IMG/VR virus record: IMGVR_UViG_3300047160_014082
Location: 1 to 64,000 of that record
Length of the DNA stretch: 64,000 nt
Source: a virus
Lineage: Duplodnaviria; Caudoviricetes
Direction: 5' to 3' (one strand)
The notes beneath the pieces were generated by a model. The model made no database searches. It was not told the origin of the DNA and was given only the letters and a program-made list of their open reading frames with translations. Both the position numbers and the translations under genes were made by a program. Shown piece by piece: positions 47,631-57,594 of the stretch. The first letter of the stretch is position 1. Each line of letters starts with the position of its first letter.

Positions 47631-47665
47631 CTTGTACCTTTAACCTCCTGTTAGGAGCTGTAATC

Positions 47666-48223
47666 GTGAGCGCGAATCTTGTGGTGGATCTGGCCAATAC
47701 TACCGACTATCGAGTCAGCGTTTCGCTCGGCTCGGGTGGTGGCGGCCCTCTGGTCGGTGAAATCATCGACATGGAATTTGCCAATACGTTGACAAACATC
47801 TTCTGCGCCGGCGGCCCTGGTTCGGGCGCTATCAACCTTCAGGTGCAGACCTGCGACGGTACGGCCTCTGGTTCGTTCACGGACCCGACGTCCGGTCTGT
47901 CGGCGGGTGCGGCCCCGGGTGGTCTACCCGTGGGGCAGACTAACCTGGTATCGGGCGGTAACTTCTGGGTGAATTCCGGACTATGGACGTCCGGTAACTT
48001 CAGTGTGACGGCCCCAGTCAACAATGCCCCGGTGTTCTGCTCGGGCGGCATTCAGTTCGGCGCCTTCCAGATGCCGCACCGCTTTGCCCGTCTGATCAGT
48101 CTTTCGGGGGCATTCCCGAACTTCTACAACGCCGGCTTTATCAAGCAGAAGCGCACCGTGGGTTCTGGTGCTGGCTTCACGTGGAGTCCTGGCAGCGGGG
48201 CGTCGAACTTCCCGCAAGTGTAA
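47666..48223 (+). CDS. Putative head decoration protein, SG-rich
   Basis: AGGAG RBS; immediately after the MCP gene; 11 of 20 Ser are followed by Gly. Confidence 0.65.
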   Translation: MSANLVVDLANTTDYRVSVSLGSGGGGPLVGEIIDMEFANTLTNIFCAGGPGSGAINLQVQTCDGTASGSFTDPTSGLSAGAAPGGLPVGQTNLVSGGNFWVNSGLWTSGNFSVTAPVNNAPVFCSGGIQFGAFQMPHRFARLISLSGAFPNFYNAGFIKQKRTVGSGAGFTWSPGSGASNFPQV

Positions 48224-48241
48224 CCAACGTAAAGCCCGAAA

Positions 48242-48282
48242 CTGGCGGGGGGTGGAGGTGATCCTTAAAACCCCCCCGCCAG
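48242..48282 (+). promoter_or_regulatory. Strong intergenic hairpin
   Basis: 11-bp perfect stem CTGGCGGGGGG/CCCCCCGCCAG just 5' of the next RBS; no U-tract. Confidence 0.45.
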
Positions 48283-48299
48283 ATACAGGAGCCTTGGTT

Positions 48300-48992
48300 A
48301 TGCCGCTGTTCACCGATTTGGATACTCTGAAGATCTATTTAGAAATAGATCCGGACAACACGGAAGAGGACGCCAAGCTGACGTTCATCAATACCTGCGC
48401 CGCTAACTTGATCGAAGAGTATCTAGGCCGGCAGAACTCGGGCATTTTTTACAATCATCATGTGGATTTTTACAACGGTACAGGTACGCAAAAACTAGTG
48501 TTGCGTAGCCGGCCCGTATACACCGTGCCCACCATTCAGGTATGGATTGATGAGGGGGGATTGTGGGGGCAGGCACCCAACAGCTTCGACAACAACCCCC
48601 AGCCCAATCAACTGGTATTCGGCACGGACTTCGCGTTGTGGGTGGATCAGGATGATGGTAGTTCTCGGCGCGCCATCTTGATCCGCAACAACGACTACTG
48701 GCCCCGCCCGGTGGTACGTACGGTCGGGCTCTTATCGAGCTATCTGGGAACAGGCTACGGCACCATCAAGGTCGATTACTATGCGGGCTGGACCCCGGAC
48801 CAATTGCCGGCCTCGTTCCAGATGGGGGTGACCCAACTGATTTCAACCATGCGCAACCTGTTCCCCCTGGGGGAACCCCTGAGCAGCGAAAGTTACGAGG
48901 AACGGGCCATTAGTTACCTCAAGCAACACAAAGCCGCCCTGACAGGCTTTATGAAACAAACCTTGTTCAACTTTCGTAATTGGCACTTTTGA
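48300..48992 (+). CDS. Head-tail connector/adaptor (gp6/gp15-like)
   Basis: LDTLKIYLEI..EDAKL.....AANLIEEYLGR; IKVDYYAGW...LPA. Confidence 0.8.
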   Translation: MPLFTDLDTLKIYLEIDPDNTEEDAKLTFINTCAANLIEEYLGRQNSGIFYNHHVDFYNGTGTQKLVLRSRPVYTVPTIQVWIDEGGLWGQAPNSFDNNPQPNQLVFGTDFALWVDQDDGSSRRAILIRNNDYWPRPVVRTVGLLSSYLGTGYGTIKVDYYAGWTPDQLPASFQMGVTQLISTMRNLFPLGEPLSSESYEERAISYLKQHKAALTGFMKQTLFNFRNWHF

Positions 48993-48993
48993 C

Positions 48994-49218
48994 ATGGCTA
49001 TACTAGCAGGCTCAGAACGGGCAACGGAGGTTTTTAATCATGGTTGTGACGCTCGGATTCAGGGGGTGGCGTATCGGGCTAATCCGTACTCGGTAGTTTG
49101 GCAGCGTACGGATCACAACAACTGGAATCGGGGTTGGCTAGATGTTCATGCGTACTGGGGCAAATGGGTGCGAGGACGTTGGCCATTGTGGCGCCTGCCG
49201 CTAGTTAGGGAGCCTTGA
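48994..49218 (+). CDS. Rmf/CrpP-fold-like small protein
   Basis: F..G..A...G.....NPY.......W..GW pattern. Confidence 0.45.
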   Translation: MAILAGSERATEVFNHGCDARIQGVAYRANPYSVVWQRTDHNNWNRGWLDVHAYWGKWVRGRWPLWRLPLVREP

Positions 49219-49221
49219 GCA

Positions 49222-49653
49222 ATGCCGCTGAACCGGCGCACAACCACGACGACGGCCTACCGCACGGTGTATGCGGGCATTACCCAGTCCATCTTTCTGC
49301 TCAAGCGTGGCAACGATCAGTTCCAAGGCCAAGTGGTGCAATATAAGCTGTTCAATTGCCGGATTTCCAGGCAGAACAAGACGGGTGAGACAGTCCAGCG
49401 CGATATGACGGTTAGCCATCGGGCCATCTGGCACATCCCGAAGAAAGAGCTACTGCGCTTTGGTATTCACTACCTCAACGCTCTGGATCGTATCGTGCAG
49501 ATCCAGGGGGATGAAGCCGGTTTTACCTGGCAACCGGAAGGCACCACGGATATCGAGGTCAAGCTTTTTGGCAACGAAGTGGATTTGCACTGTCTGCGGG
49601 TAGATCCGTTCAGCTTGGGGGATCCTAGCAACGGCCCGGGAGCAAACCTGTAG
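49222..49653 (+). CDS. Putative head closure/stopper protein
   Basis: Position after the connector; beta-rich; LNALDRIV pattern. Confidence 0.55.
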   Translation: MPLNRRTTTTTAYRTVYAGITQSIFLLKRGNDQFQGQVVQYKLFNCRISRQNKTGETVQRDMTVSHRAIWHIPKKELLRFGIHYLNALDRIVQIQGDEAGFTWQPEGTTDIEVKLFGNEVDLHCLRVDPFSLGDPSNGPGANL

Positions 49654-49676
49654 TTTGAGAAGGAGGAGTCTGGCCC

Positions 49677-50310
49677 ATGGCCAGAGACTTTCATAATCCC
49701 CGGTGAGGCCCTCATCAAGGTCGCTTTCGGCGCCCATGTGCCGCCGACCGCATCGGGCTTGACCAACAAGGTCGAGCTGGGATTGTGCCTGCATGAAGTC
49801 CACGTCGGCTTGCAGTTCAAGCACAAGGAACTCAGTTGTGATGATTTCGGCCCAACCATCCCAGCCGAAGTTATGTACAACCTGGCCAGCGCTACCATCG
49901 CGCTGCGTTTGTGTCATTGGGACATTAGCGTAGTCAACCGCTGTTGGTCGGAAGCTTGCGGGGGCAACGCCTTCCCGGGTGACGTATTGGGCATGAATGG
50001 TGTGCTTCAGAATGCCGGCACCTTGCCCCCTAATGGCTTGACTCTGGGGCGCGGACGACAGCCGATGGCGAGTGGCAATCATTACGTGAGCCTCAATATT
50101 CTGTCGCCACAGTTGCAATATCCATTTCGTTTTCCGTTTACCTACATCACGGGTGATCCTCCTTCAGTATGGCCGATGGGAACGGAGAAAAGCATTCTCG
50201 ATGTTACTTTCCGGGCGATACCCTACGTGCCGCCCTTGACCCCCGGTGGTACGCCACAAGAGCTGTCTAGCTCTGGGGCTGTGCTCTGGGGTTATATCGA
50301 AGATATGTAG
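49677..50310 (+). CDS. Tail tube-like protein 1; needs a +1 frameshift at codon 5
   Basis: AGGAGGAG RBS plus ATG 49677; MARDF|IIPGEALIKV aligns without gaps to paralogue MPRDFQITGESLVLV. Confidence 0.7.
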
Positions 50311-50320
50311 GAGGTGAATT

Positions 50321-50923
50321 GTGCCTCGTGATTTTCAAATTACAGGTGAGTCGCTGGTGCTGGTCAAGGGAGCGGTTGATACAGCCTTTCCGACCTTGAC
50401 GCAGCTTGGGCTGCCCTTCGACCGTATCAACGTTCAGGTCCAGTACAAGAACCGGGACATGAATCTGGACGCCTGGGGTGGTGAGGTCCCTCCGGATACT
50501 CAGATCATGCTGGCCATGGCCATAATCCGGATTAACTTGATCCATTTTGACCCGGCGGTGCTGGCCGAGTGTAGTCGTCTGGCCATGGGTGGAGGTAACG
50601 TGTATGGGGCTGTCGGTCGAGCCGGTACACGTATGGGCGGGCCAGTGGGGGGTCTGGCCCAGCCCCGCTTTGGCGCCGGCAACAAGTATGTCGGGCTCAA
50701 CATCGCTGTACCTACCGCGGTCCAGGTTGGCACCAGCCAGCCTTATTGCTTCCTGTACAGTCAATTGATCGACGCCATCGAAATGCCCTTGGGGGTGGAA
50801 AAGCAAATCCTCAGTACAACCTGGCGGGCCATCCCATACACAACCGATCCGGCCGGTATTGTTAACGGCGTCGTTACGGGCGCCACCAACGCTCTCATCT
50901 GGACGAACGTTTTGGACACCTAA
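50321..50923 (+). CDS. Tail tube-like protein 2 (paralogue of 49677)
   Basis: Shared LGL, D..G...P, LA...L.H.D, GN.Y..LNI, G.EK.IL...RAIPY; directly upstream of the chaperone gene. Confidence 0.7.
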   Translation: MPRDFQITGESLVLVKGAVDTAFPTLTQLGLPFDRINVQVQYKNRDMNLDAWGGEVPPDTQIMLAMAIIRINLIHFDPAVLAECSRLAMGGGNVYGAVGRAGTRMGGPVGGLAQPRFGAGNKYVGLNIAVPTAVQVGTSQPYCFLYSQLIDAIEMPLGVEKQILSTTWRAIPYTTDPAGIVNGVVTGATNALIWTNVLDT

Positions 50924-50934
50924 GAAGAGTACCT

Positions 50935-51507
50935 ATGATATCTGAAATTATAAGGTGGTTTTCTGGCAAGCCCCCTGAAGGCGTATTTGTCCCAAGTCAG
51001 CGGGAAATTTACTACTATTGGGATGGGGTGAAGTCTCGACGGGCAGACCCGCTAGTGCTATATCGTCGCTTCATGGAGGTTGGTCCGGAGTTGCAAGCCG
51101 ATGCTAAGCTGGCCAAGAGTATGAGCAAGGATAAGCTCAAGGGCCTGGAAGGTGTGATGAAGAAGATTCGTTATGTCTTCAACCTAGATCCGCTGGGGCA
51201 GGACAATGGCCTGGAAGACCTGGCCTGTCTGGAATTGCTCGATCACTTCCTGGATTGGGCGGGGGTGGTAAAAAAAAATTCGAAGAATACGCCGATGTCT
51301 GCGATGGCGACCCCGGACGTTACCAAACCCTCGCCGGACGTCCCATTACCTACCTCGAATATTTTGGAATCTGGCTCAACCGCCGGCGCATCCAGCACCG
51401 CCGCGCCGGCCCCGTCCTCTACGCCATCAACGCCGGACTTGGGCTCATCGAACCAAGCGATGAATTCTGGAACGCCAACAGCGACGGCCTTGGAGAAGCC
51501 CTCTTAG
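50935..51507 (+). CDS. Tail assembly chaperone (G-like)
   Basis: Located between tube and tape measure genes; contains the A9 slippery run. Confidence 0.75.
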   Translation: MISEIIRWFSGKPPEGVFVPSQREIYYYWDGVKSRRADPLVLYRRFMEVGPELQADAKLAKSMSKDKLKGLEGVMKKIRYVFNLDPLGQDNGLEDLACLELLDHFLDWAGVVKKNSKNTPMSAMATPDVTKPSPDVPLPTSNILESGSTAGASSTAAPAPSSTPSTPDLGSSNQAMNSGTPTATALEKPS

Positions 51508-51560
51508 CCAAGGCGATATTCACCCAGGCCCACCGGAGCAAGGCGGACACCAATGCCTAG
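51270..51560 (+). CDS. -1 frameshift extension of the tail chaperone (GT-like); slippery site A AAA AAA at 51270-51276
   Basis: -1 frame is open to 51560 and protein-like (KKFEEYAD...YLEYFGIW), while the 0-frame tail is low complexity. Confidence 0.75.
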   Translation, partial: KKKFEEYADVCDGDPGRYQTLAGRPITYLEYFGIWLNRRRIQHRRAGPVLYAINAGLGLIEPSDEFWNANSDGLGEALLAKAIFTQAHRSKADTNA

Positions 51561-52782
51561 TTCTACCCCCGAACAAGATCGCTTTGATCAGGCCCTGCGC
51601 CGCCTGGAATCGCGTCTCAATGATTTGCTGCCAGCTTATGGTGTTTATGGGACCGCGGCTCCAGCCATGGCCTACCCTACGGATGAGGCAGAGGCCAGCA
51701 AGTTCGCGGATCAGTTGGAGCGCGCTCTTAGTAGCATCGGCCAGCGCATGGCGCGGGGATCAGATGTAACCCAGCCCCGGCCGCTGGAACCAGTTGCCGA
51801 AGATCGTCTTGGCCAGCAACTAGCACAGATTATGGGGGGAGCCCTATCGAGCCGGCTGGAAACTGCGGTAAGCCAGCGGGCCGGAGAACGACAGGCACCA
51901 GGGGTGCCCCTGGGACCTGGTGAGGATTGCTGCGAGCGCTTGCTGGAACAGTTTCGTGAGCTGATCAATCGGGTAGCTCAGATTGATCAGCATGTGATGA
52001 ACATAACGGGGCGTGGGGGCAGGGAAAAGCCGGAGAAAGCAGAATCGGATCCTCTTGGCATTTTCCGAGACTTTGTAGAGAAAAAGTTTCCTGTGTGGTT
52101 GCAAAAAGCTACGGAGGATGCTGTAAGAATCTTCCCAGCTATGGCACGAGGTTTCAAAGGTCCGGCCGGGGGTCTGCTACAAAGCGAACGCTTTGGCCAT
52201 ATCGTGGGAGGGGTTGGCGGGATTGGTGAAGCAGCGGGAGCGATGATTCCCGGACCGGCCGGAGTTGGGATCGAGACCGCTGGTAAGCTCGTGCGGGTGA
52301 TGGGAGAAGCGTTAGAGAAGCTCCGCGACTTCGCCGAAGGATTACATCAAGCCAACATGCGCTTTGCTCGCATATCCCCATCTATGTCGGTCGTGCAAGC
52401 TGAACATCAGATGCGCCAGATGTTACTGGATTTCCAACGGGGCCAACGCCGAGCCGAGCCGGCCCGGGATCTGAGCGCCGCTCTGGATCGTCTCAACGCT
52501 CGTCTAGCAGTATTTGAGGACTTCTGGGCTAATGCTAAGGCTAAAGCTGCAACCATCGGCCTGGGCATTGCTGATGTTATGGTCCAGAACCTGACCCCTG
52601 CATTCATGGGAATTATTCAATCGAATGGTTTGTTGTTAGCGGCCATGAATAAGCTTGCCGATATATTCGGGAAGGGGAAAGCTCAGGGGCCTATGAATGC
52701 GCAGACTGCGGGGGAATGGGCCGAAGCGCTTGGGGGTGGCCCTTGGTTCCAGGCTCATGGACGGCCGCCGTGGATGAAATAG
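51553..52782 (+). CDS. Probable short tape measure protein
   Basis: Follows the frameshifting chaperone; helical and Ala/Gly/Gln-rich. Confidence 0.6.
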   Translation: MPSSTPEQDRFDQALRRLESRLNDLLPAYGVYGTAAPAMAYPTDEAEASKFADQLERALSSIGQRMARGSDVTQPRPLEPVAEDRLGQQLAQIMGGALSSRLETAVSQRAGERQAPGVPLGPGEDCCERLLEQFRELINRVAQIDQHVMNITGRGGREKPEKAESDPLGIFRDFVEKKFPVWLQKATEDAVRIFPAMARGFKGPAGGLLQSERFGHIVGGVGGIGEAAGAMIPGPAGVGIETAGKLVRVMGEALEKLRDFAEGLHQANMRFARISPSMSVVQAEHQMRQMLLDFQRGQRRAEPARDLSAALDRLNARLAVFEDFWANAKAKAATIGLGIADVMVQNLTPAFMGIIQSNGLLLAAMNKLADIFGKGKAQGPMNAQTAGEWAEALGGGPWFQAHGRPPWMK

Positions 52783-52792
52783 GGGAGCAACT

Positions 52793-54637
52793 ATGTCGGT
52801 AGTAACTTACAATGGGGTGCAGCTTCCTTACGCCACGACGACTAATTTTGCGCAGGCGACTCGAAAGGATGGCTCTGATACAGATTGGCACCTTATTGAC
52901 TATGACATCCAAGTAACATGCATCATCAATACCGACTACCTGGTGATGATTGCTAATGACTTGGTAGGTCAAGAGTCTGTGTTCAACCCAGCTAACATTC
53001 TCCAGCTACTACGCAAGCGCCTGATGGTGCATCGCAAAAAGCTGTCCTTCACCTACAATGGCCGGGAACTTGTCACTCTGCCCCAGACCGGTTTACCTGG
53101 CACCGTAGATGCCGAGAACGGCCCCAAACCGGTCAGTTGCGATTGCTTGGAAATGAACAACCAGACCTGGATTTTGATGTATCACATCAAAGGTGCTTAT
53201 TGGGAATGTAATACTACTACAGGCCAGGGGGTCATCCAAAATACTGTTGGCCGGGATGTGCTCTACAACCGTTGGAGCGAAAACGTTACTCTGGACGAAA
53301 ACCAGATGAGCCGGCGTGTCCGAGAAGGCATTTACGTTATCCGTAGTGATAATGTACATGGCAGCATTGCCGACTCTTACCGTAGCGATTTTGCTGTGGT
53401 TGGGGTGCCTATTGGCTGGATCCGGGTGAGTAGTTATTATGCGATCGATCCGGATGGCCTGAAGCTGCGCTATCGGGTAGAAGACCGGGAAGTTTACTTA
53501 ACTCCCCCGTCTCCAGCTTTCACTGCACGCGGGAACTATTCGGAGACCAGCGCTCCTTATAATGGCCAGCCGATGCGTCTTATTCAGTGCAATGTGGAAA
53601 TGACCGCGGATAAGCTTACCAGCAAGGTGCAATTGTTTAATACGTGCGTTGGCGTAGCCATTAGTAAGGTGATTGCCGCACTTAATCCCAATGAAACTTT
53701 TATTCCCGTATCGGCCCGAGTTAGCACTGAGCTGTACGAAAACAAGGTCGATTGTGCTATTGAAGCATTGTCACCACCCCTACCCGGATCCAGCGATGGC
53801 TCTAATCAGGGCAAAGGTATCTATACGGCGTTGTGGGGCTTTTCGCGTTGGGCAAACTTTGCAACTACCCCCGGTGCCGGAAGTCAGGGAGACGGTTTCC
53901 AGCCCCCCGGCTATTTTGATCGTGGTTCTGCTGGTGTGTTGCTCCAGGCTGCCGCTTACAACGATCCTTGCTTACAAGCCACCCTAGACGGCACAACCGG
54001 GCAGATGCTAAAGGGACTAGCTCCGGGACAAGCAGGCCAGCAGCTGGAAACCTCCGCTTCTACAACTACGGGTATGCCGCAACAGGTTTTGTTCCACGGT
54101 ACGGAAAATCAGGAATTCACTCTGGCATCGGTGTTAATTACTCCTATTGATTACACCAACTTCAATGCGCGTTACCAGCCGCATTCGCCTGATCTGAGCT
54201 TCTTCACCGAATACTATGTGGAGAACGAGTATGAAAATGACCAGCATAAATACATGGGGGGCCTGACGTCACCTAGTGGCTTCAACGGCAGCACCGTAGC
54301 TTTCGTGCAGTTAGCCATGCCAACTACTCTACTAGTCAGCAAGTGGACGGCGCTAAAGGCTCTGAACCAACCTGAGTATCCTACTTACCAGATAAGTGAT
54401 GGTTCTCCTTGGCTGATACTGGATGCCTGGTTTACGCCTGCCAGCATGACAACCGGCTCTGACGGTACCACGGTGTTGTATCGTTTGTCTGGTGTGTACA
54501 TTTTCGGGGCCAAGAACCCCAGCGCCCAGATAACTAATGATATGAATTTCCCACGTCCGGCGTGGCTCAATCCAGCGGGTGTAGATCGTACCTTGCCTGC
54601 AACCAAGCAAATACCTGATTTGATATTTAGTAGCTAG
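52793..54637 (+). CDS. Tail tip/baseplate protein
   Basis: Position after the tape measure; beta-rich. Confidence 0.55.
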   Translation: MSVVTYNGVQLPYATTTNFAQATRKDGSDTDWHLIDYDIQVTCIINTDYLVMIANDLVGQESVFNPANILQLLRKRLMVHRKKLSFTYNGRELVTLPQTGLPGTVDAENGPKPVSCDCLEMNNQTWILMYHIKGAYWECNTTTGQGVIQNTVGRDVLYNRWSENVTLDENQMSRRVREGIYVIRSDNVHGSIADSYRSDFAVVGVPIGWIRVSSYYAIDPDGLKLRYRVEDREVYLTPPSPAFTARGNYSETSAPYNGQPMRLIQCNVEMTADKLTSKVQLFNTCVGVAISKVIAALNPNETFIPVSARVSTELYENKVDCAIEALSPPLPGSSDGSNQGKGIYTALWGFSRWANFATTPGAGSQGDGFQPPGYFDRGSAGVLLQAAAYNDPCLQATLDGTTGQMLKGLAPGQAGQQLETSASTTTGMPQQVLFHGTENQEFTLASVLITPIDYTNFNARYQPHSPDLSFFTEYYVENEYENDQHKYMGGLTSPSGFNGSTVAFVQLAMPTTLLVSKWTALKALNQPEYPTYQISDGSPWLILDAWFTPASMTTGSDGTTVLYRLSGVYIFGAKNPSAQITNDMNFPRPAWLNPAGVDRTLPATKQIPDLIFSS

Positions 54638-54649
54638 GAATCTTCCCCT

Positions 54650-57589
54650 ATGCCGATCATCTGGAACCAAAACACCGCTTTTGAACTCAGCTTTAACGGG
54701 ATCCCTTTCTTTGCTGATGATGCCAAAGCCTACCGCATGCCCAGCAAGGTATCGGACTACATAGGCCAAGAACGCTCCCCCGTCCAGCAACAGCAGCCCC
54801 TGGAAAACCTGGTCGAAGAATTAGACCGGCTGCTGCCGTTCCGCTACCTGGACGACTACTATGAGGTGGCGTCCTTCCCCGGCCGTAATCTGGCTGGTAT
54901 TGCGCGGCAGACTGTCGATGAGTACAAGCTTAATCCGGAAATCAAAATAGGAGAGTTCTTTTATCCCAATGGTGCTTCGCGCTGGAGCGTGTTTCGTGGC
55001 CTGATGACCAGCAGCCAGGTACGGGCGCTGATCCGCACGACCCAGCTACCGATGACCAGCGGCAGCTATTCGACGTCGGGACAACGAGCCGATTCTTTGG
55101 GCAACGTCCCGGGTATCTTCCACATCAAGGCTCTGCCTCTGATCTTTGCACCCAATACACCGCAAGACGCTCTCGGAGCTGCCCCCTATTCGATCATCAC
55201 CAATATGTACATGCTGCCGCCGCGGCCCCTGGCGGAACATGGTGGCAACTTCGATGGCCTGTATCTTATCACCCTGGTTGATGAGCGCTTTTGGTGGCAA
55301 TTCTCCCCCGTGAGCCTGATGGCTCCTCAATTTCCGCACGACGCTTTCGATACGCTACTAGCACGCCTGACCATCGGCGAATCGAGCTGGCAACAGATCT
55401 TGTTCTCCCTGGCCGAAGCTCTGGGGATCTTTCTCTTGCTCGATCCCATCGACCCGGCCTATGTCGTACCGGAGCGGGATTCACCGTTCTGGTGCAACTA
55501 CGAGAACGCTGCCCAGCTGCTGGACGCGGTAGCGGCTAATGTCGGCGCCGTGTTCGTCCGGAAATTCAACGGCACCTACATTCTGCGCAGCACAACTCAA
55601 TCTATTTCCACGGTGCAAACCAACCTGGCCGAGCTGGGCGGGATTGTCACCAGTGGACTTCAGCGCCTGCGCACGGCCGGCGGGGACTTGTTCTCGCCAT
55701 CGGGTAGTGCCTTACCCGTGGGGGATCTGACGACGGCGCGGAACTTTGCCATCCCGGCCAGCGTTACGGTGACCTTTCCGAGCTACGTTTACAACGATGC
55801 TCCTGTACCTCACTTCTACAACAAACGCACCATGCCCCCGGATGCTACCCTCTGGCATCAGGAGAGCTTTGGGGGTGTCTGGCCTCTTACAGTTGGTATC
55901 AAGTCTGGGGGGCCGTATGTCTCGGGTCTAGGCGGGACCGGACCGCAACAATCGGGATGGTTGATTTCCGGAGTGACTGGACTGCCCATTGATTTCTCGG
56001 GTGGTTACTCCGTCGTCCTGCGCACCACGGCCAAGGCGCTGTTCTCGGGGGAACGGGCTTGTGAGCCGGCTTCGGGCTTGACCCATCTGGACGTCCATCC
56101 GGCCAATGAAAGCGGCTTGACTGCTCTGGCAACGGCCCTGGCAGTCAACTACTACACAACCCAGGTTGCCGTAGCTCTGGACGAAGTATTTCCCGGGACC
56201 TTTCTTTGGGATCCGGAGGGCTTTCACGATCTGCTTTACACCTACTCACCAAGGCAAAGACTAGCGACGACGCGGGTGATGCGCAGTCAGCCCTGGAATC
56301 AGAAAGTAGAAGAGTACCAATACGGCACACCCCCCTTTAGCGGCTTCGGGGGCACGGTCAAAGGGGTGGGTGGTCCCTTGCCAGCGCAGAGCTGGACGGA
56401 CAAGGATCGCCTGAGCGGCACCTACGCCCAGGGCTCGGGCTTCTGTGCGTCGGGGGGTAGTGGACTGATCTTTACCACATTGGCCAACAACTACTTCTCG
56501 GGGACGTTCACCTTCATCTTCGTGGATGAAGAGACCGAAGCCATTGCCGTTGCTGCTCAGGACTACTTTCCAACGGGAAATCGCTGGAAAGGCCAGATCC
56601 TTAGCAACCTGTACCAGGATATCAGTCTGGCCATCCAGTACAGCGCTACTATATCGGGCTATTGCAATAGCGGTGTACTGGTCTCGGGGATTGACCTAGG
56701 GGATCCGAATATCCAATCTGGATATGTCATAGAGAATTTGTTGTTTGAGGGCACCAGCGGCGGCCGGAATCTGGTAGGGGGTGCGCAGAATCCTCCCTTC
56801 CTGTCCATCTACTGGCGCGGTATCGACGGCACCAAGCCCTTCCCGATTCATCACAGCGGTGCCATCCTGACCATGATCAACCCGAACACGATGTACGGGG
56901 CCAACGTGGTCAAACACGGCAAGATGCAATACTCGTTCCCGGACGATTGGACCGCGGGCGGCGCCAAGGCGGTGCATGTCGTGCCGCAAATGCAGACTGT
57001 GCGCGTCCATAGCGAAAGTGGCATTTACATCAACAACCTGCGTCACTACTCGGGGGCCGTATATGCCTACGATACCGCCCAGCGTAGCAGGAACATGTCC
57101 GGCCTGTTCACCAGCGGCATAAGTCCTGTATCTGGCTGGCAAGGCTTATCTGGACAAGTCTACGGAACCGATCCGCATGTTAGCGGCCTGCCCAAACAAG
57201 AGCCCTGTTGGATCGTGGAGCGCAACAACTACCCGCTGACGTCGGGGATCTATTATGATGGTCAGCTCGTGGGCTATAGCGCCAAGTTCTCGGGGATTCT
57301 GGCTTCCGACGAGAGTGGGGGAGCTGTCTTCCCAGGCACAAATACCCAGGTCGGCAGCGGTAACTATGTGCCTGGCACGGCCATATCGGGCACGGCCCCT
57401 GTCTACCTGGTCAACTGGGATCCCCCCGAAGTGCAGATGGTGCGCATTGTCGGCCCGGGGGATTTTGGCTTTCTGGATGCTTACGTACAAAAGCCAAAGG
57501 TCGATCCCGTTACGGGCATCTGGAACGGTACTGATTGGGTGGATGTGGAACGAATTCTCTTCCAGGATGCGAACTTCACTGGTGGGTAG
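54650..57589 (+). CDS. Large tail tip/hub protein, SG-enriched
   Basis: YLITLVDERFWW; QLLDAVAANVG (hub-like); about 36 SG counted by eye, mostly in the C-terminal 60%. Confidence 0.6.
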   Translation: MPIIWNQNTAFELSFNGIPFFADDAKAYRMPSKVSDYIGQERSPVQQQQPLENLVEELDRLLPFRYLDDYYEVASFPGRNLAGIARQTVDEYKLNPEIKIGEFFYPNGASRWSVFRGLMTSSQVRALIRTTQLPMTSGSYSTSGQRADSLGNVPGIFHIKALPLIFAPNTPQDALGAAPYSIITNMYMLPPRPLAEHGGNFDGLYLITLVDERFWWQFSPVSLMAPQFPHDAFDTLLARLTIGESSWQQILFSLAEALGIFLLLDPIDPAYVVPERDSPFWCNYENAAQLLDAVAANVGAVFVRKFNGTYILRSTTQSISTVQTNLAELGGIVTSGLQRLRTAGGDLFSPSGSALPVGDLTTARNFAIPASVTVTFPSYVYNDAPVPHFYNKRTMPPDATLWHQESFGGVWPLTVGIKSGGPYVSGLGGTGPQQSGWLISGVTGLPIDFSGGYSVVLRTTAKALFSGERACEPASGLTHLDVHPANESGLTALATALAVNYYTTQVAVALDEVFPGTFLWDPEGFHDLLYTYSPRQRLATTRVMRSQPWNQKVEEYQYGTPPFSGFGGTVKGVGGPLPAQSWTDKDRLSGTYAQGSGFCASGGSGLIFTTLANNYFSGTFTFIFVDEETEAIAVAAQDYFPTGNRWKGQILSNLYQDISLAIQYSATISGYCNSGVLVSGIDLGDPNIQSGYVIENLLFEGTSGGRNLVGGAQNPPFLSIYWRGIDGTKPFPIHHSGAILTMINPNTMYGANVVKHGKMQYSFPDDWTAGGAKAVHVVPQMQTVRVHSESGIYINNLRHYSGAVYAYDTAQRSRNMSGLFTSGISPVSGWQGLSGQVYGTDPHVSGLPKQEPCWIVERNNYPLTSGIYYDGQLVGYSAKFSGILASDESGGAVFPGTNTQVGSGNYVPGTAISGTAPVYLVNWDPPEVQMVRIVGPGDFGFLDAYVQKPKVDPVTGIWNGTDWVDVERILFQDANFTGG

Positions 57590-57594
57590 CTTCT

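Noticed and set aside
49651-49653. TAG readthrough fusing the stopper gene to tail tube 1 (same frame, open through the gap)
   Set aside because: The strong RBS, the ATG and the N-terminal match to the paralogue favour independent initiation at 49677; other TAG stops in the window behave as normal gene ends
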